From contig OZ037767.1 of NCBI GenBank assembly GCA_964035545.1, positions 18,382,259-18,446,258 of the forward strand: DNA of 64,000 bases, read 5' to 3'. Below the pieces are notes generated by a model. That model did not search any database. It had not been told where the DNA came from and saw only the letters and a program-made list of their open reading frames with translations. Source of the DNA: Bugula neritina. Lineage: Eukaryota; Animalia; Bryozoa. Shown here in pieces: positions 22,018-33,900 of this stretch (positions within the stretch are counted from its first letter, which is position 1; each line of letters begins with the position of its first letter). A program made the translations under genes and the position numbers.

Positions 22018-22869
22018 GATCCCACTGCTGCCACCACTGTAGTAATTCGTGCAACTACTATGCGTGAGTTTTCTATTTGCGTATACTTAGTTGGCTATTC
22101 TACTAGCAATTACTAGGGTAGCTGTCGAGTAATTACGTTTATTATCCACAATACAATACAAAACAAACATTACATCAAATTACACTATAACATCAGTCAC
22201 TACTAACACATGATTCTATTTCAAGCCCTCGCTTACAACAACGTGATCATTGTCAATTGCCCGGGAATTGTCACATGAGTCGGAAGCATATCTTTCGGTG
22301 CTGATGATTGGTTACTACATAGGGGCTTCAGAATTCCCAGAACGGAGAGAGGACGATTCTTATATTAGTACATTGCATGACTCACTACACCAACAACCTT
22401 TTGAAGGCATTCATAAAAGCTACACAAAAGATCCTTTGTGGTCCAAGCCGAAAATCGGATCACAAATTTCCAGTATCAGTATTAATGCAAAATGATAAAA
22501 TAGCAAAAAGAAAATAACTCTGGAATGCGTATTTCATGAAAATTACATTATACTGAAAGCTTTAACAACAATCACAATAATAAGGCATTAGAAAGCTAGC
22601 CCAACTTGGCTACAATTACAGCATTCAAAACGATACGAAACAGTAATTATAATACTGACGCAAGCAGTTACTTCAGAATTAATAGAGGATGAATTCCATT
22701 ACATTCTCCCCCATTGAAAAGCATCCCCTTTTCCATAACAGAAACAAAGTGTTTGTACAACACAGGTCAAAAATAAAACACAACAGTGGAAAATATGTGG
22801 TTAACAGAAAAGTATTATGATTAATCACGCATGTCACAATAAACAATCGTAGTAGTACCCACAATATAT

Positions 22870-25500
22870 ACAGTCCAGGGGGCTAATGCCGGTGGCTCCT
22901 AGTTGTCTGGTTCAGTCATTGGAGGTGGGGCACCAGGCTCTCTATATTTCTTCTTCAAGGATACTGACCAGGCCTGGATTGCACTATCTAGGACGCATTC
23001 TCGGTAAGGAAGTGCCACACTCTGCCGGTGACAGGGCAATTGTGGGTGGGTCGGCTGAGTCTTCTCTTCTATCTGGCTGCCTGGTGCTCCGGGCTCCTTG
23101 CCCAGTCTTGTCAACGCTACCCGAAGAGGCGCTGGGTGGGGGCTGCTGTAGTGCCATCTCTAATCAGCTGGGCAGGTAGCTGGGTCAGGGCCTCATCTTC
23201 CTTCTCCTGAGGGGTTGTTGCTTTTAGAGAAGTCCTGTACTGACAGGGCTATTTTGCAACTGAGGCTCAGATTACTGGGTGTACCACTCTTCTGTTGGGA
23301 CATCTCCATGTGTCCCACGTGATAGTCCGCCAAATATCTGGGGGGTCTTCGTGACCGCTGGCTCCTCTCAGTCTGGGCAGGCCTTGATGGTGCTAGTGGT
23401 TCCTCGGCTGTCATAGTAGGGGGGTCCCCGCCTTCACCCATCACGAGGGTGGGGGTGTCCTCCTCCAGGAGGGGTGGTGGCCCTGGGGCCTGTTGCTGCT
23501 CTTGCTGCCGCTCCTGCCTTTGCTGTTGTTCCAGCAGGGCAGCCTGTTCCTGATCTGCTTCCCTTGGGACAACAATTTCCACCTCTCAGGGTTGGGTGGT
23601 CCTTCCCCGACGATTGGGCTGGCGGTTGGGCTCCAGGAAGGGTGGAACCTGACCCACCGCGTCTGGGCTAGCATGGTAAGGTTTCAGGCGTTGCTCGCTT
23701 TGGACTGAGACCTGTCCAGAGCGCTCCACACGGTACGTGTGGTTGGGCAGCACCTTCACTAAGCAGTAGGGACCGACGAACTCGGGATGAAGTTCAGCCG
23801 ACTGTCCGCGTCGCCTTCAGTGGCTCACCATCCAGACCCAGTCTCCCACCTGGTACAACGGGAGCTCTTCTGAGTCTTCCGTGCGGGTCTGCCACTACTG
23901 GGCACGCAGTGCATCATGAGCTTTGCTCATGATTTCTATCAGACCCCCCATGTATTCATGTACCGGTGACTCGGGGGCAGGAAAATGGTATGTCAGGTGT
24001 TCCGGAACCGACATCTCTCGGCCTAGCATCAGAAAGTTTGGGGTCGCCTGCGTGGCGGAGTGTGGTGTGCTGCGGTAAGCCCGCATGATTTGCGGCAGCA
24101 CCACGTCCCATTCTTCCTGACCTCGACCAAGGAGCAGGCTCCTGAGGGCGTCACCCAACATCCTGTTGTTCTGCTCAACGACTTCGTTTCCTTGCGGGTG
24201 ATATGGGGTGGTCCGACTCTGGTTCATCCCCCATATCCGGCAGAGGTCTCCCATAAGCTGGGACTGGAACTGGGCACCCTGGTCCGTATGTATCTGCTCG
24301 GATAACCCGAGGTAACAGAACACATTTTGGTCCAGGGCCCGGGCCACTGTGGGGGCTGTTGCGTCTGGAATAGCCAGAGCATCTGCCCACCGGGTAAAGT
24401 GGTCCGTGAGCACCAGTATCCAGGTGTTCCCTCTGGCGGATAACGGCATAGGCCCAACGAGGTCTACCGCCACTATCTGCCACGGTCGACCAGCGTATAG
24501 CCGGCGTCGACCAGTGGTTTCCGTGGGGCGGCCATGTTTACTAGCTTGACAGACCTCGCATTGCCGTACCCGCAGTCGTACGTCTCGAGTCATTTCGGGC
24601 CAGTACCAACGCAGCCGCAGACATCTGATGACCCGACTGACTCCAGAGTGAGCCTGTTTATGGGTGTCCCAGATTCGTTCCCGCCAGAGGGCGCGTGGAC
24701 AGACGACGCGGTCCCTCTCCTGTTGACAGTTGTCTGCCGCTAACGTTATCATTAGGAGGCCGTCAGGGCTGACCTTGAAGGCATCCCAGCGACAACAGAA
24801 GAGTTGGAACTCAACGTCTCCCTGCCGCTGCTGTTCCTCGCTAGGTCGTCGGCCTTCCTTCTTGGCTCGGAATATGTTCGCTTCCGCGCCGGGTAGCGTC
24901 TCCTGGAGTCGGCACAGCTCCTTAACATTCTGGTACAGAGTGGGGTTGGTGTGGAGCGCCTGGACGTCGTCTGAGTGGGTTTTGGTCTGAAGATGGCCGT
25001 GCTCTCACCGATAGACGGTGCCCTCCCCTAACTCTGTTTCCACGTCAAGGTGAGCGGGTCTCTCGTCCCGCTTCTCAATGTGCAGGCATTGCTTACAGTC
25101 TTCTACCGGCCGGCGACTCATGCCGTCGGCGTTCCCATGCTTCCGGCCTGCACGGTGTTCTATCAGGTAAGAGAACTCGGCAAGAATCTCTAGCCAACGA
25201 GCCACCTGGCTTGAGAGCTCCGCACGTTTACACAGCCATATCAGTGATGCATGGTCTGTTTGCAACCGGAACGTTCTCCCATACAGGTATGACCGCCTTG
25301 ACTACTGCTAGGAGTTCCTTTCTAGTGGTGCAGTAGTTCTTCTCGGCGGCCGCGAGAGTCTTGCTGTAGTAAGCCACGACCACTTCACTTCCACCCTGAA
25401 CTTGAGACAGAACAGCTCCCACACTGTGGTCGCTGGCGTCAGCGTCCAGGATGTACTCTTTGACTGGATCAGGATATGCCAGAATTGGCGCCTCCATTTG
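22870..25500 (-). pseudogene. pol: Gypsy pol remnant (RNase H + integrase + GPY/F tail) with frameshifts and stops; no LTRs seen
   Basis: APILAYPD..ILDADASDHSVGAVLSQ, TDHASLIWL, HGNADGMSR; integrase HHCC, VAVDLVGP, IHTDQGAQF, TTPYHPQGN; FVGPY near 23770; RRPPRYLADY tail. Confidence 0.93.
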
Positions 25501-25737
25501 CCATTGCTTGAAGAAAGGTCACGGGGAATAGTCCACTCCTTCACTTCAGAACTAATAGAGAATGAAAATCTATTACAATATTGTGTGGTGGCTCGATGAA
25601 CTACTTTCATAATTGAAAAAGGGAAATAGTCTAGAAGTAACTTCCCAAAAAGTGCTCAAAAAATTGACTTATTGTTATAACTTCCACAATTATACTGAGT
25701 ATGGGATCCGGTTATACTATAATTATCCATGTTGCAT

Positions 25738-25987
25738 TGTTAGACACCAGACGAGTAATTAAGAGAGAAGAAGATTTATTTAATACACTAAGTATACGAG
25801 TAAAAGTAGTACAATTCGAATAACACACATACATAAAACTCCTATTCTAACACAATCAGCAGCACGCTCTATCTGAACTATATTATTAGAATACTGTCCG
25901 GAAGCCTTTCTGCTTCGTCGGGGTGATCACGGGCTTAATGAGGATTGGTTTGTGAGCATGTGGCCTTACGCTTTACTGGCCACTACA
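25738..25987 (-). mobile_element. Possible solo LTR of another family
   Basis: TGT...ACA ends with minus-strand AATAAA and a TATA-like motif; flanks do not form a TSD. Confidence 0.3.
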
Positions 25988-26181
25988 TTATTACACTTTA
26001 TTAGGTGGCCACTCGAAGAAAATTGTTTCTAGATCAGGATTTTGTGCTGATTCTGAATCTACAAACTCTAGAATTCTATCTTTACCCAAACTCAAGTTAT
26101 TGTAAAAAACAAATCGACATCTTGGATGAGTGATAAAAAGAAATGTAGAACGTGTGCAAAATAGTATCCAATTTTACCAAG

Positions 26182-26524
26182 TGTTGTGTCTTAGCACAAT
26201 TATTAGCGTGGATTGCCTGCGTATTTAGTGTCAATTTAACTAGCAATTACTAATATAGCTTGCGTAGATAACCTTTATTTAGCTCGATAAACATATTTAT
26301 AACATCACATCAAAATACCACAATACATCAATCAATTACAAACACATGTTACTACTACGAGTCCTTGCTCACAACAACACATGGTTTCTGCTGACTAACC
26401 CGGGAACAGTCACTTGACAGGAAGCTCGCCTTCCGGTCCCTCTGATTGGATAGTAAAACATAGTTATAAGTATTCCCATACAAGAGGGGACGACCCCATT
26501 ATTATACTACGTAATCCCATTACA
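26182..26524 (-). mobile_element. Solo LTR (343 bp) of a sister Gypsy family
   Basis: TGTTG...TTACA termini; CAAG TSD at 26178-26181 and 26525-26528; collinear blocks shared with LTR 22038-22389 (CTAGCAATTACTA, AACACATG, CCCGGGAA, CTGATTGG). Confidence 0.88.
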
Positions 26525-28257
26525 CAAGCTATCTTGAAAAAAAAAATTTGCTGAAATATCAAAAATAATTGCCTCTTAACTGGAATTCTATGCTGATGCT
26601 GAATTTAAAGACTGCAAAATGCTCTCTCAAATTAAAACCAAGTTGGTTACCTAAACATATATTATGTTTGTTATGCATCAAGGTATTGCATGCAGCATAA
26701 GCATACAGAATAATTGTATGACCAAGCTATTTATACAAAAACAAAGTTATGCTGATGTGTGAAAAAACTATATTTATAAAATTATAGCGCAAAATAAATG
26801 TTGAAATGAATAAATATTAGTAGCATGACTTCCCGCGTAGCAGAACAGTTGTTATTAGACAGGCAAACTAGAAACACTGTATTGAGTTGCTGCAGAATAT
26901 CTGAATAGATGTAGATCGTTTTATTTGTGTACTTATTGTGTAAATATATTTTTTATTATCTGAAACTACAATTGCGAAATTGATTGGATTACATGCAATG
27001 CACTAATTTGATTATACACTGAAACCCACAAGAGTAAAAATTATAACAATTGTAGCACTTTTGTGTGGCCTCGAAATAGATCAAGCAGAAAGCATAACCC
27101 TTACTTATAAAGCGGCAAGAAAAGTTGTGTAAGTTTAAATAATAAAGTCTTTATTGATTGTCTAGATGTGTAACTAGCGAGCTCGGGTTGTAGACTAACA
27201 ACCGCCAGCTCTCTTCCTAGCTTATTTAGTAGGAACCATCCTCTTCCACAGCCTTGTCCAACCATTGGCGAAGTCCAGAGTGTCAGAGCTAAATATGACC
27301 GATATTTCAAACATGCCGACTTTCGGCTCAAATGAGGAAGCAATTGACATATATGACAGGAATATTATATATAAGAAAAAATAAAAAGGACAATTCCAAA
27401 AACCAATTCTAGAAAACTACTACAATATTAAAACCATGAAATTATAATACTGACAAAAATTAATGTAATATACTATTATTCTCACCAATCTGTTGGGGAA
27501 GCTGGTATTATATGTTATACATACCTGATATGTATTATATAAAAGTGTGTATTGTTATATGTTGAAAATAATCAATGGACAGGTTGTGCATGCGATTATT
27601 GGCTGGATTAGTTTTAAAAATCGCAAAGTTATATATGCACAATTTACCCTTTGAGAAAGCAAATGCAGGGGAGAAATAATTCGCAACGTCAAAAATGAAA
27701 AATGCATAAAAGTTCACTTTAATTAGCTTTTCAAATCTTAAACTGCTGCTCTTTTAATCAAAAATTAATAGTTTTCATATCTTTAAAGCTGTGAGAGTGG
27801 TTTTAACAGCTTTTGCTAAATTATCCACGATAGACATGAAATAAAAGATTTTTACATATAGGCCTATGCATTGTAAAGTTGAAAGTTGAAATGAATGTTA
27901 TGTATAATATAAATAATTCTACAGGTGTTATACACATTATACGCAATATAATATTCTTATTAATGAAATTGTTTTTAAACATTACTGTGAGCATCTTGGC
28001 ATGTATGATCATTCTGTTGCTATAAAAACTCCATTGTCTGATGATAAAGTAATAACACAGCTTGCTTAAAAATTGTTATGTATTTGAAAATGATTCAAAT
28101 CGTATAATTTGTTACAAATACATTATTTTAGAAATAAATCTGTTGTTGACTTGCATCCCTGACTGTGTTACTCAGCTCATTATAATTGGGCCTGAAAACA
28201 TAAGAATCGATCATTATAAGATTCATGCAGACGGAATGACTCTGACTGGATGAATAA

Positions 28258-28479
28258 CTATTGTGGAGTTTTTTTTCTGTTACCTGTTTTATCAAATAGA
28301 TTTTTCCACCAGCTGCTCCCTTTGAGCTTGGAGGTACCTGAGCCTATGTTCGGATTCAAGGGGTTACCAAAACCAAAATCATCATCAAATGCCACTATAC
28401 GTTTATCCACTGCTGGAGCAGCATCAGCAGCCACACAGAGTACAGCAAACAGCAGGGCAATAGCTGCAAACCACCTCAT
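28258..28479 (-). CDS. Small intronless secreted peptide precursor (73 aa; signal peptide, KR site, acidic then cationic Trp-containing region)
   Basis: MRWFAAIALLFAVLCVAADA/APAVDKR/IVAFDDDFGFG...KLKGSSWWKNLFDKTGNRKKTPQ; AAGATG start context; AxA cleavage site. Confidence 0.75.
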   Translation of the reverse strand: MRWFAAIALLFAVLCVAADAAPAVDKRIVAFDDDFGFGNPLNPNIGSGTSKLKGSSWWKNLFDKTGNRKKTPQ

Positions 28480-30957
28480 CTTGACCACAAGGAGCTTTGT
28501 TGACTGCAGATGTCAGCTCTTCACTACTAAATACTTATGATTCATGTAACTTATCTGCTGTTTGGTGATATGGTGTGGTACATGAGAGTTCACAGCTGTG
28601 CCACGCAGTCAAACTGTTTAACCAAGAGGGTAAGTAAACTTGCCCCATATCAGATATGTCTGCATGAGTTGGATTTCAACTTACACTCAATAAAGCAATT
28701 GAGACAATTACTGCACTAGTCTCTATAGCTGTATTATAGTACGAAGTATAAGATCGTATTGCTATAGCCAATCACAGCACTTTTTTGCTGGTTTTTACCA
28801 TCATTGGTCAGGTTGTATAATTATATGCAGGGACTAGGGAGTCAACTAAGATATATTTATAAGACGGGCACACAGTGTACGTGTTCAGTTATGTTAGAGG
28901 GTTTGGCAGTATGCCTTCTGTTGATAGAACATAATATTGTTATAGTAATTCTGCTAGCATTATGCAACTGTGTGTGATAGATCCACTGTTCACATTGAAG
29001 ACAACATCAGGTACTACACAGGAAGGAATATGATCGGAAGCTTTATTTACTAACATATATGTAGCCTCTGCACATGTTTCTTTGCTGAAGAAACATAAGA
29101 TATGTTATTTTAGTGGTGCTAATGTAGTAAAAGGTAGGACATTTCAAGTTGTGAAAATTAGTTTCACAAAACTCTTGTGGTAAAAATGAAAAGAATAATG
29201 TAAAAACATGCATGGTGTAGTGGTTAGCGAAGCGTACACATCATGCACGTGTAGAATAGCCAATAATACTGAAGCACGTGATTACCCCCTGCGGAGCAGA
29301 ATACTTCCGGAGAACTGAGTAGTTAGTTACGAGTAGTGCATTGATTGATGTAGTAGGCTTGAATAGACTGTAAATGTATTTTAGACACTGAATGTGTCTC
29401 TCTTTTATTCTATACGTATATAACAAGTATAGTTCTTTTATCACCCTATCAGCTGAGTAATCCTTCGAGCTAATAATCAAATAAAGTATCATTGCGCACA
29501 CAGAATCCACCGTAAGCAATAATTGGCAGAATGATTACAATACATTGCTACAAAAAGTGATGGAGAAATGAAGAGAAAAAATTTCTTATAATCTGTAAAA
29601 TCCCTACTGCACCGCATGTGGTTTTTACACAGACAGGGCGGTTCTTAAGATGAAGCTAATTAATTACCGGATTGTTACGTAACTGATAAAACAGAATCTA
29701 GCAAACTTTAAGTAATATTTTGCTTTTTTAACAAATAACTATTTATATTATGTGGCACTGTACGTTTTAGCATTTTGAAAGTGCTTTATGTTCAATTTAT
29801 TCAATAGTATCAACTTTTAATTTAATCCAGTAACTGCTGCTAGGGATTGCAAGCTTGCTGATAGACTTTTTGTACCACAATGCTATTTTAGCAAAATTTG
29901 TTCCATCAGTTTATATAATATAATAATTATTGCATGAAACAGATTTATTGATTGCTTCAACCATCAACATTTTAAGTATAGCTTTGCCATAGCCAGTGTT
30001 CTAACATCATAGCTTTACCATAGCCATGGCCATGTTATATCATCATATAATAAAGCAATATATTTAATCAATTTATATAAAAACACAACGTATTTAGTTA
30101 TATTTATATGTTTTAGAGTAGAGTGGCGAATAATATAAATTTATTTAAAAAGTAAGTATTATAGTTGTATGCTGTTTCAGCTACCAAAATAGTTTTTCTC
30201 CACCATAAGTTATATTTAAATGTATGTATGTAGCACTTATTCATAAAATTAAAATGCAAATAATGGTTTTTATAGGAGTTGTCTGATAGCTGTTATAATA
30301 AACAATGCACTCATTCTGGTGTGATAAGCAAGTTTTTGGAATAGCATAAACGCAGGATGAAATATTTTTGAGAGTTGTCCTCTTTTGTAAAGAGATAATT
30401 AACTGCTTGAATTTTGTAACTTATAGATAATGTAACAATTATAGGCATAAAACAATTCTATCATCTAATATATGAGATTCATAACGGCATACCGTAGTCA
30501 AAATTACTAGCGTCATTAGCTGAGGGCTTCTGTATACATATTTATATTTTTTGTTTTATTTATAAAAGTGCTGCTACCAGTTACCCTAAAAAGCAACTGC
30601 AAATAACTTTCTGACAGTTGAAGTCCATATTTTATTCTTTTTTTATACCAAAGAGTAATAATTATGTACAACATTGCTATAGGACATGGACTAACCAGCC
30701 TTTACAACCTCATTTAGATGATATAATTTAAAGCTACTCATGCAGCTTGGTGTATATCGAATATAACCAATTAGTGAAGCACATAATTTTTATTATGCAG
30801 GCATTTTTTACTAGACAAAAGCAAAAAGTTATTTTTATATTTTGCCAGAGTTGATTAGAACTAAAGATTCATAAAAAAGCAGCTGTCAGTAGACTGAGTA
30901 AGTATCAATGGTTTTATATACAATAGTGTTGCTATGGCAACAAGACTCAGGGGCCCA

Positions 30958-33900
30958 TCACGGAGTATGACTGAGTCGATGGACACCAGTGACAGAGACC
31001 TCTGACAGCTGAGATACTGTGCTGAACCTTCTAGAGGTGAAGAGACTTTCACTTTGCAAGTCACTTTGTAGTTTGAGTTTTCTTCTCTTGACTATTTTTA
31101 TGACAATTACCAGAGCCAGGAGTAGCACTGCAATGGCTGCTACAGATGAGCTGATGATGACGGTTAACTCTGAAGAAAATAGATTCTTAAGTAACAAATA
31201 ATATTATTTAATAACACAGCGTATAATTTAAAATATACAAGGTAGCCTCTTACATATAAAGCATTGAAAGCATTTCAGTAAAAAGTAAGCTGTATTTTAA
31301 GCACTGAAATATAATTTTCTAGAATTGCTTAAAAACTATAATTTCACAAATATTACCATTATAGATTAAAGATTGAGATGATGACCCATTGCTCTCATGA
31401 AGAGACTTCTCATCTTGATTAGACTTGGTGTTTTCAACAGCACTTGTAGCGTCTGCAGTTGTACTGCAATCTGTTACTATAAATTATACATCATCATATA
31501 ATAACTACAGTTCTCCTAACATAGCATTAACCGTGGTAACCAGTTGAACAAGACTGGACTTTAAACATGAAAAGCAGAATAGGATACTCAGGTAGATTAA
31601 ATTATTAGCAAATAAATATCTGAAAGTAAGGAGATAATGTAGTAATATATCCCCTTGTGGCTCCTCGAAGTTTATTTAGGTCTTGCAAAACAGATATTTT
31701 TAGTCTTTATAGCCCTAATATGGCAGATAACAATGACAAATAACCTTTCTGGACTCAAAGTTGGCAACACTCACCCACAATGTGTCCATGGCCAGGAGTG
31801 TAACCATTTGTAGTATCAGTGATCATAGTTGGCTCTGGATTTACTGGGGATGGTGAGGTTGTGGAACTAGCAACAGGATGTGGTGGCAATGGCGGTAACC
31901 GTGGAGACAGTGTCATTATATCGTCTTCTGGGTGAACCAAACTGCTAGAATTCTCTGTTAGTATAACAAGATAAAATTGATTTCTACCTTTGTCAATCCA
32001 TTGATGGAATCTGGGGTAAGAGTAGGTGTCACATGGTGTAGATATGTATCACACAGTATAAATATGTGTCATACTGTATACATGAATACGTGTCACACTG
32101 TATGCATATTATGTGTCACACAGTATTCACTCACACTATATACATATATGTCATACTCTACAGATATGTGTCACACTGTATTTTTTACGCTGTCTGGCTG
32201 CAGAAATCTTTTCTCACAGATTTCTGTTTCAAGTTAGGTTCAAGTTTAAACTAAAAATTCTAAATTAAAATTTCTAGACTAAAGTCTGAGAAAATGTTCA
32301 ACTACACTAAAAAATATAATATTCTCTTTTGAGTTGTTTTAGTTTTAGGAAATTATTTTGAAGTATAATGGTATCAACAGATTTTCCCCAGTTTTGGACT
32401 CCGTGATAAGCATGTGCAGCATTCTCAGCTGTTTTAGAATTTCCAAACTTACCTTTACAAGAGTACACCAGGTGAACTTACCTTTACAAGAGTACACCAG
32501 GTGAACTTACCTTTACAAGAGTACACCAGGTGAACTTACCTTTACAAGAGTACATAAGGTGAACTGCCACAATCTCAGGGATATTGGTTGATTCAACGCA
32601 AGGAAAGGTGATGTTTCTGTTGCTCTGTAGCCTGGTTGTATTAATTTGATATGTCAGCCCAAACTCATCATCAAATTGACAGCCTTCTATGGAGTCTCCA
32701 GTGTATTGGTTTAGACATCCATCAATATCTGACCACAGAGTCGGTGCCTACAAGTCAAAGGTAAGCAATGTGAGAAGCTCTCAGATTACACCTCATTTCT
32801 ATGCAGCCCCATAATTTAAAGACTAAGCATTTGTATAATTTCAACTTCGCGGCATCTAAAGTTTATAAGTTGTTATTGTAAAAATATTAAATAATCAGTT
32901 GAAATTGCATTAACCATGAGGAAGCTGTAGATCTAAGTAGGACCAATAACTGCAGTAGAAAGCTCATAATCAAATATAATAAATAATCTAATAAATTGTC
33001 ATAAATCAGTTTTGATGGTTTAATAATAATTTTAATGCTTTGCATGAATGTGTATGGTTGAAAATATATAAATTAGTCTAAAAGATTATTGCAATAATTG
33101 TGGAAGCAATTTATATTCATTACCTTCAGGGTGATAGCAGATTAGTAATAAATAAAAGGAAATTGGCTTTTACCTTTGTCTAGATACCTCACCTTTATCT
33201 TTGTCACCTCACCTTTATCTATAGACAGCTTACCTTTACCTATAGAAAGCTTACCTTTTCCTAAAAACCTCACTTTTACCTATATATTTCCCCTTTACCT
33301 AAATGCCTTATCTTTACCTATATGTTTTACTTTTACCTACATGCCTCACCTTTATCTATATGCTTTACCTTTATTTAAATGCATTATCATTTCTTACATG
33401 TTTAATTTGTCGAAGCAGGGTGTTTTTAAGCCTAATTTTAATTGAAATACCATCTTGCTATGCATTGCAAACTGTTCTGATGTAATCACAAATCAAATCA
33501 AATTAAGATCTTCTAACACGGTAAGCTGTAGCTATGAAATATGTGATCTATAGTCATTATATAGTTCAGGATTAGAAGGCTTGACTGTTGCAGCTTAAAG
33601 ATGTAACTACTATTTGGGTTTTAAATCTTGTCCTGTGTCAACTATCTGTGAAATGTTTTAAGGGGTTACAATGAGATATCACATCAAGTGTTTCTGTCAT
33701 CTATTTATGCCAATTTTTTATGTTCGTTCTATTTAACGTTTAATAAATCCTGTTTTAGTTTGCAAAGTAGTTAAAACAATTTATATTATAAAATCAATGA
33801 CACTGGTTCAACTATTGCAGGGGGTGGTTCAACTTGCATCCCTACTGGGGCATGTTGTACCAAAATGAACAGGTTACAGTAGAAAAACTGGCTCTATCTT

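Larger units (their letters stand above)
16965..22389 (-). mobile_element. Non-autonomous Ty3/Gypsy LTR retrotransposon (5' LTR 22038-22389, 3' LTR 16965-17313)
   Basis: Two ~350-bp LTRs with about 13 differences by eye; PBS TGGTGGCAGCAGTGGGAT (22036-22019, tRNA-Leu-like); PPT at 17326-17314; gag, protease and integrase HHCC present; RT, RNase H and integrase core absent. Confidence 0.95.

Noticed and set aside
18947-24990. Many short overlapping and antisense ORFs in the Gypsy regions
   Set aside because: Expected in GC-rich retroelement DNA; no motifs or splice support.
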